Below are positions 61,502 to 64,000 of a DNA stretch of 64,000 nt, one piece after another; positions within the stretch are counted from its first letter, which is position 1; each line of letters begins with the position of its first letter. The position numbers were made by a program, and so were the translations under genes. A model generated the notes under the pieces. That model was not told the origin of the DNA. It saw only the letters and a list, made by a program, of their open reading frames with translations, and searched no databases. The stretch lies in the NCBI GenBank assembly GCA_048940925.1, contig JBHLOC010000008.1:32001-96000 (forward strand), in the 5' to 3' direction. The stretch is from Promethearchaeota archaeon (lineage in GTDB: Archaea; Asgardarchaeota; Lokiarchaeia; Sigyniarchaeales; SOKP01).

Positions 61502-63418
61502 TTACAGATATTCCATAAATTCTAAGATATATTGACTTTGCAAATTTGAAATTTTATAAAGAGCAAATACTAAAAAATCTATTTCTTGCTGTAATTTTTC
61601 AAAATTTTTATTCTTATAACCATTCACTTCTAATAATTTTTTAACTTTTCTAGCAATCTTGGAAGCCAATTCTCTTTCTATATCGCTTTGAGGAATCTTA
61701 ATTGGCAGATCTTTCACTTTTTCAATTAAAATTCTTGGAAACAACTTTTTATAGGAACCAAAAACTTTTATAAAATAAAAAGATAAAAGTAAAGAATTAA
61801 TAATTCCTAAAAGATATAAATTATTGAATTCTTTAATAGGAGATTGACTTATTTTTAGGTTATATAATGATTGAGATGTTAAAGATAATTTTTCATCCAT
61901 TGTTGCACATATTAGATTATTTTGGCTTAATTGTCTTATAATAATTCGATTATCATAAATATTTAAATCCTTGTAGTTAATTCCATCTTTAGTAATATCA
62001 ATAAATCTATAATCTTTTATTCTATATCGTTCGATAGAGTAAATGAAAAGCTTGAAATCACCATTGCTATTGTTGGGAATTTTATCATATATTATTCCTT
62101 CAATCTTCTCTGAATTTAATTTAGATTTGCAATTTGGACATTCTAAACGTCTTTTTGGAACAGGAAAATAAGATTTACACAATTCACAATAAATTACTTC
62201 TCCTGTTTTTGCTAATTCGACTCCTCTACTAATGTTGATCTTAAAACCTTCTATATTATTTAAATCTTTTAACTTAGGAAATTTGGTGTTCAAATATTTT
62301 ATTATTTGAATATCGGTTTCATTTAAATGTATAAGGAATTTATAATCCCAAATTTTGAATTTTTCTTGTCTGATCTGTGTTTCTTCCTTATTAGTGAATC
62401 TAATTTTAATCTTATTTTGTTCTCTCGCATTGTTATCTCTTTCTCTTTTTAAAACTAAAATTATGTTTGATACAACAGGATCCTCAAATTTAGGACCTGT
62501 GTAATAAATTTCCTTTATTTTAGTTGTTTCATAGATAAACTTCCTAATAACACTACGATTTGATAATGCTAAAATAGAATCTGGAACAATATATCCTAGT
62601 TTCCCATTTATGTTCAATAAATTAATACCAATTTCGATAAACATTTGATAATAATCATATTGTCCTTTTTTAGTAACAAATTTTCCTTCCTCAATGATTT
62701 TTCTATGTGCATATGGAATATCTCTAATAAAGAGATATGGAGGGTTGCCAATAACAAAATCATATTTTTCTTTATCCTCTAATAATAAGGCATTTTCATT
62801 TCTTATGTTAAATTGAGGTAATTTAAAATCGTATACTGAATTTTTTATTACTTTTAAAATATTAAATAAAATGAAATGTATATTAATCTGACACAAAATA
62901 CAAGCAATTGGATTTATATCAATACCATAAATATTATTTTGAATAGCTTTAACAACTGACTTAGCTTCTACTTCTGATAACTCAAACAGATTTTTTTTTT
63001 GAAATACCTCTAAAAATCTTTCAATCAAAATCTGAATAGCTTGAATTAAGAAACTTCCTGAACCACAACTGATATCTATTATTTTCTTATCTTCTATATT
63101 TTGTTGATAGACATATTTAATCGAATTTAATATTTCCTTTACAATTGGTTGGGGAGTATAGAATTCACCCAATATTTTTCTCTCTTTATGACTTACTAAA
63201 TTCTCATAAGAGCTTCTAAAAATTTCAAAATCAGAATATAGTTGATTGAATTCATTAAATCTAGTAAAACCTTTTCTAATAATCTTAAAATTTTCTATAT
63301 CATTAATGACTTTTTCAATGATATATTTATGAGTTTCAACTTTAATGTTTTCCTTATATATATTCAATAAATTCTCAAGGATCTTCTCCTTCTTTAAATA
63401 TTCTACGAATTCACTCAT
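61502..63418 (-). CDS. N6-adenine DNA methyltransferase (TaqI/Eco57I-like) with Zn ribbon in the target-recognition region
   Basis: GEFYTP, DISCGSGSF and IGNPPY; CELC..CPNC. Confidence 0.85.
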   Translation of the reverse strand: MSEFVEYLKKEKILENLLNIYKENIKVETHKYIIEKVINDIENFKIIRKGFTRFNEFNQLYSDFEIFRSSYENLVSHKERKILGEFYTPQPIVKEILNSIKYVYQQNIEDKKIIDISCGSGSFLIQAIQILIERFLEVFQKKNLFELSEVEAKSVVKAIQNNIYGIDINPIACILCQINIHFILFNILKVIKNSVYDFKLPQFNIRNENALLLEDKEKYDFVIGNPPYLFIRDIPYAHRKIIEEGKFVTKKGQYDYYQMFIEIGINLLNINGKLGYIVPDSILALSNRSVIRKFIYETTKIKEIYYTGPKFEDPVVSNIILVLKRERDNNAREQNKIKIRFTNKEETQIRQEKFKIWDYKFLIHLNETDIQIIKYLNTKFPKLKDLNNIEGFKINISRGVELAKTGEVIYCELCKSYFPVPKRRLECPNCKSKLNSEKIEGIIYDKIPNNSNGDFKLFIYSIERYRIKDYRFIDITKDGINYKDLNIYDNRIIIRQLSQNNLICATMDEKLSLTSQSLYNLKISQSPIKEFNNLYLLGIINSLLLSFYFIKVFGSYKKLFPRILIEKVKDLPIKIPQSDIERELASKIARKVKKLLEVNGYKNKNFEKLQQEIDFLVFALYKISNLQSQYILEFMEYL

Positions 63419-63516
63419 ATCTATGGATTATATTATTTTCAAGAACTATTTCTTTTTTGCTATTTATTCTTTAATAATCTAAGTAAATCTTTTTACTTTA
63501 TTAAGTTAAAAGAAGT

Positions 63517-64000
63517 ATGGAAATTACAATAAGAGAAATTTATCCTTTCAAGGAACGCACGTTTCCTGATAAAATATGCTTTGAACCGATTGGAATTATT
63601 CATACCCCTTTTAAATCATTAAAAGGAATTCCTATTCAATTCTCGATATCTAAATATGAAGGAGAAATTGAGGTTTTTACTAAGTTTACTCCTGCGTTAA
63701 GGGATTTAGATGGATTTTCTCATTTTTACTGTTTATATTATTTTGATATGGTAAAGCTGCCTGTTCCTTTACAATCTAAACTTTTTTTAGAAAATGATAT
63801 TAAAGGAGTCTTTGCGATACGTACTCCCTTTAGACCGAATCCAATTAGACTCTCTATTCTCGAAGTTCTTGAGATAAAGAAGTATTTTAATCATATCAAA
63901 AACGTTGATATTCTTATTAAAACTCCCCGAATTGATATTAAACCATATGCATCCCTATTTGATTCAGTACAGTCTACTAAGATTGGCTGGCTAAAAGGAA
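63517..64000 (+). CDS. TsaA/TrmO-family SAM-dependent methyltransferase (3'-truncated by window edge, possibly degenerate)
   Basis: Manual translation: FEPIGIIHTPF, DLDGFSH, GVFAIRTPFRPNPI and TP.IDIKPY. Some usually conserved Gly/Asp residues are replaced. Confidence 0.75.
   Translation, partial: MEITIREIYPFKERTFPDKICFEPIGIIHTPFKSLKGIPIQFSISKYEGEIEVFTKFTPALRDLDGFSHFYCLYYFDMVKLPVPLQSKLFLENDIKGVFAIRTPFRPNPIRLSILEVLEIKKYFNHIKNVDILIKTPRIDIKPYASLFDSVQSTKIGWLKG

Noticed and set aside
63532-63585. Hairpin following G-AAA near the 5' end of the tsaA-like gene
   Set aside because: No central 4-bp helix at the required position, and the frame is open without splicing.
1-64000. CRISPR array, tRNA/rRNA genes, IS transposases
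   Set aside because: No regularly spaced repeats, GC-rich structural RNA or transposase motifs were seen by eye.

Overview
AT-rich archaeal chromosome segment, almost certainly Asgard (Lokiarchaeia-like). The assignment rests on roadblock/longin-fused small GTPases, a TPR-RING-like protein and a eukaryote-type SECIS. It carries a near-complete isoprenoid cluster: HMG-CoA synthase, class II HMG-CoA reductase, UbiD/UbiX, aconitase-X phosphomevalonate dehydratase, an MVD-family decarboxylase, mevalonate kinase, an IPK-IDI2 fusion, GGPP synthase, a GGR-family reductase and a cis-prenyltransferase. It also has glycoside hydrolases, two orphan DNA methyltransferases and a 2200-aa single-pass surface protein flanked by roadblock-GTPase genes. 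Main result: three protein-coding genes (mevalonate kinase, a GH38 alpha-mannosidase and an unknown protein) each have a 30-32 nt insert 43-51 nt after the start codon. Each insert folds by hand into a bulge-helix-bulge (BHB)-type archaeal splicing motif. Cutting after the second nucleotide of each 3-nt bulge restores conserved motifs in two genes (GEHFVVYG, HWDREWYLPF). In the third it builds a reading frame with an in-frame UGA, matched by a SECIS just after the stop codon, i.e. a candidate new intron-containing selenoprotein. Three genes appear to start at ATA/ATT behind strong Shine-Dalgarno sites. No rRNA, tRNA, CRISPR array or transposase was seen. All structures and frames were derived by eye and need RNA-level confirmation.
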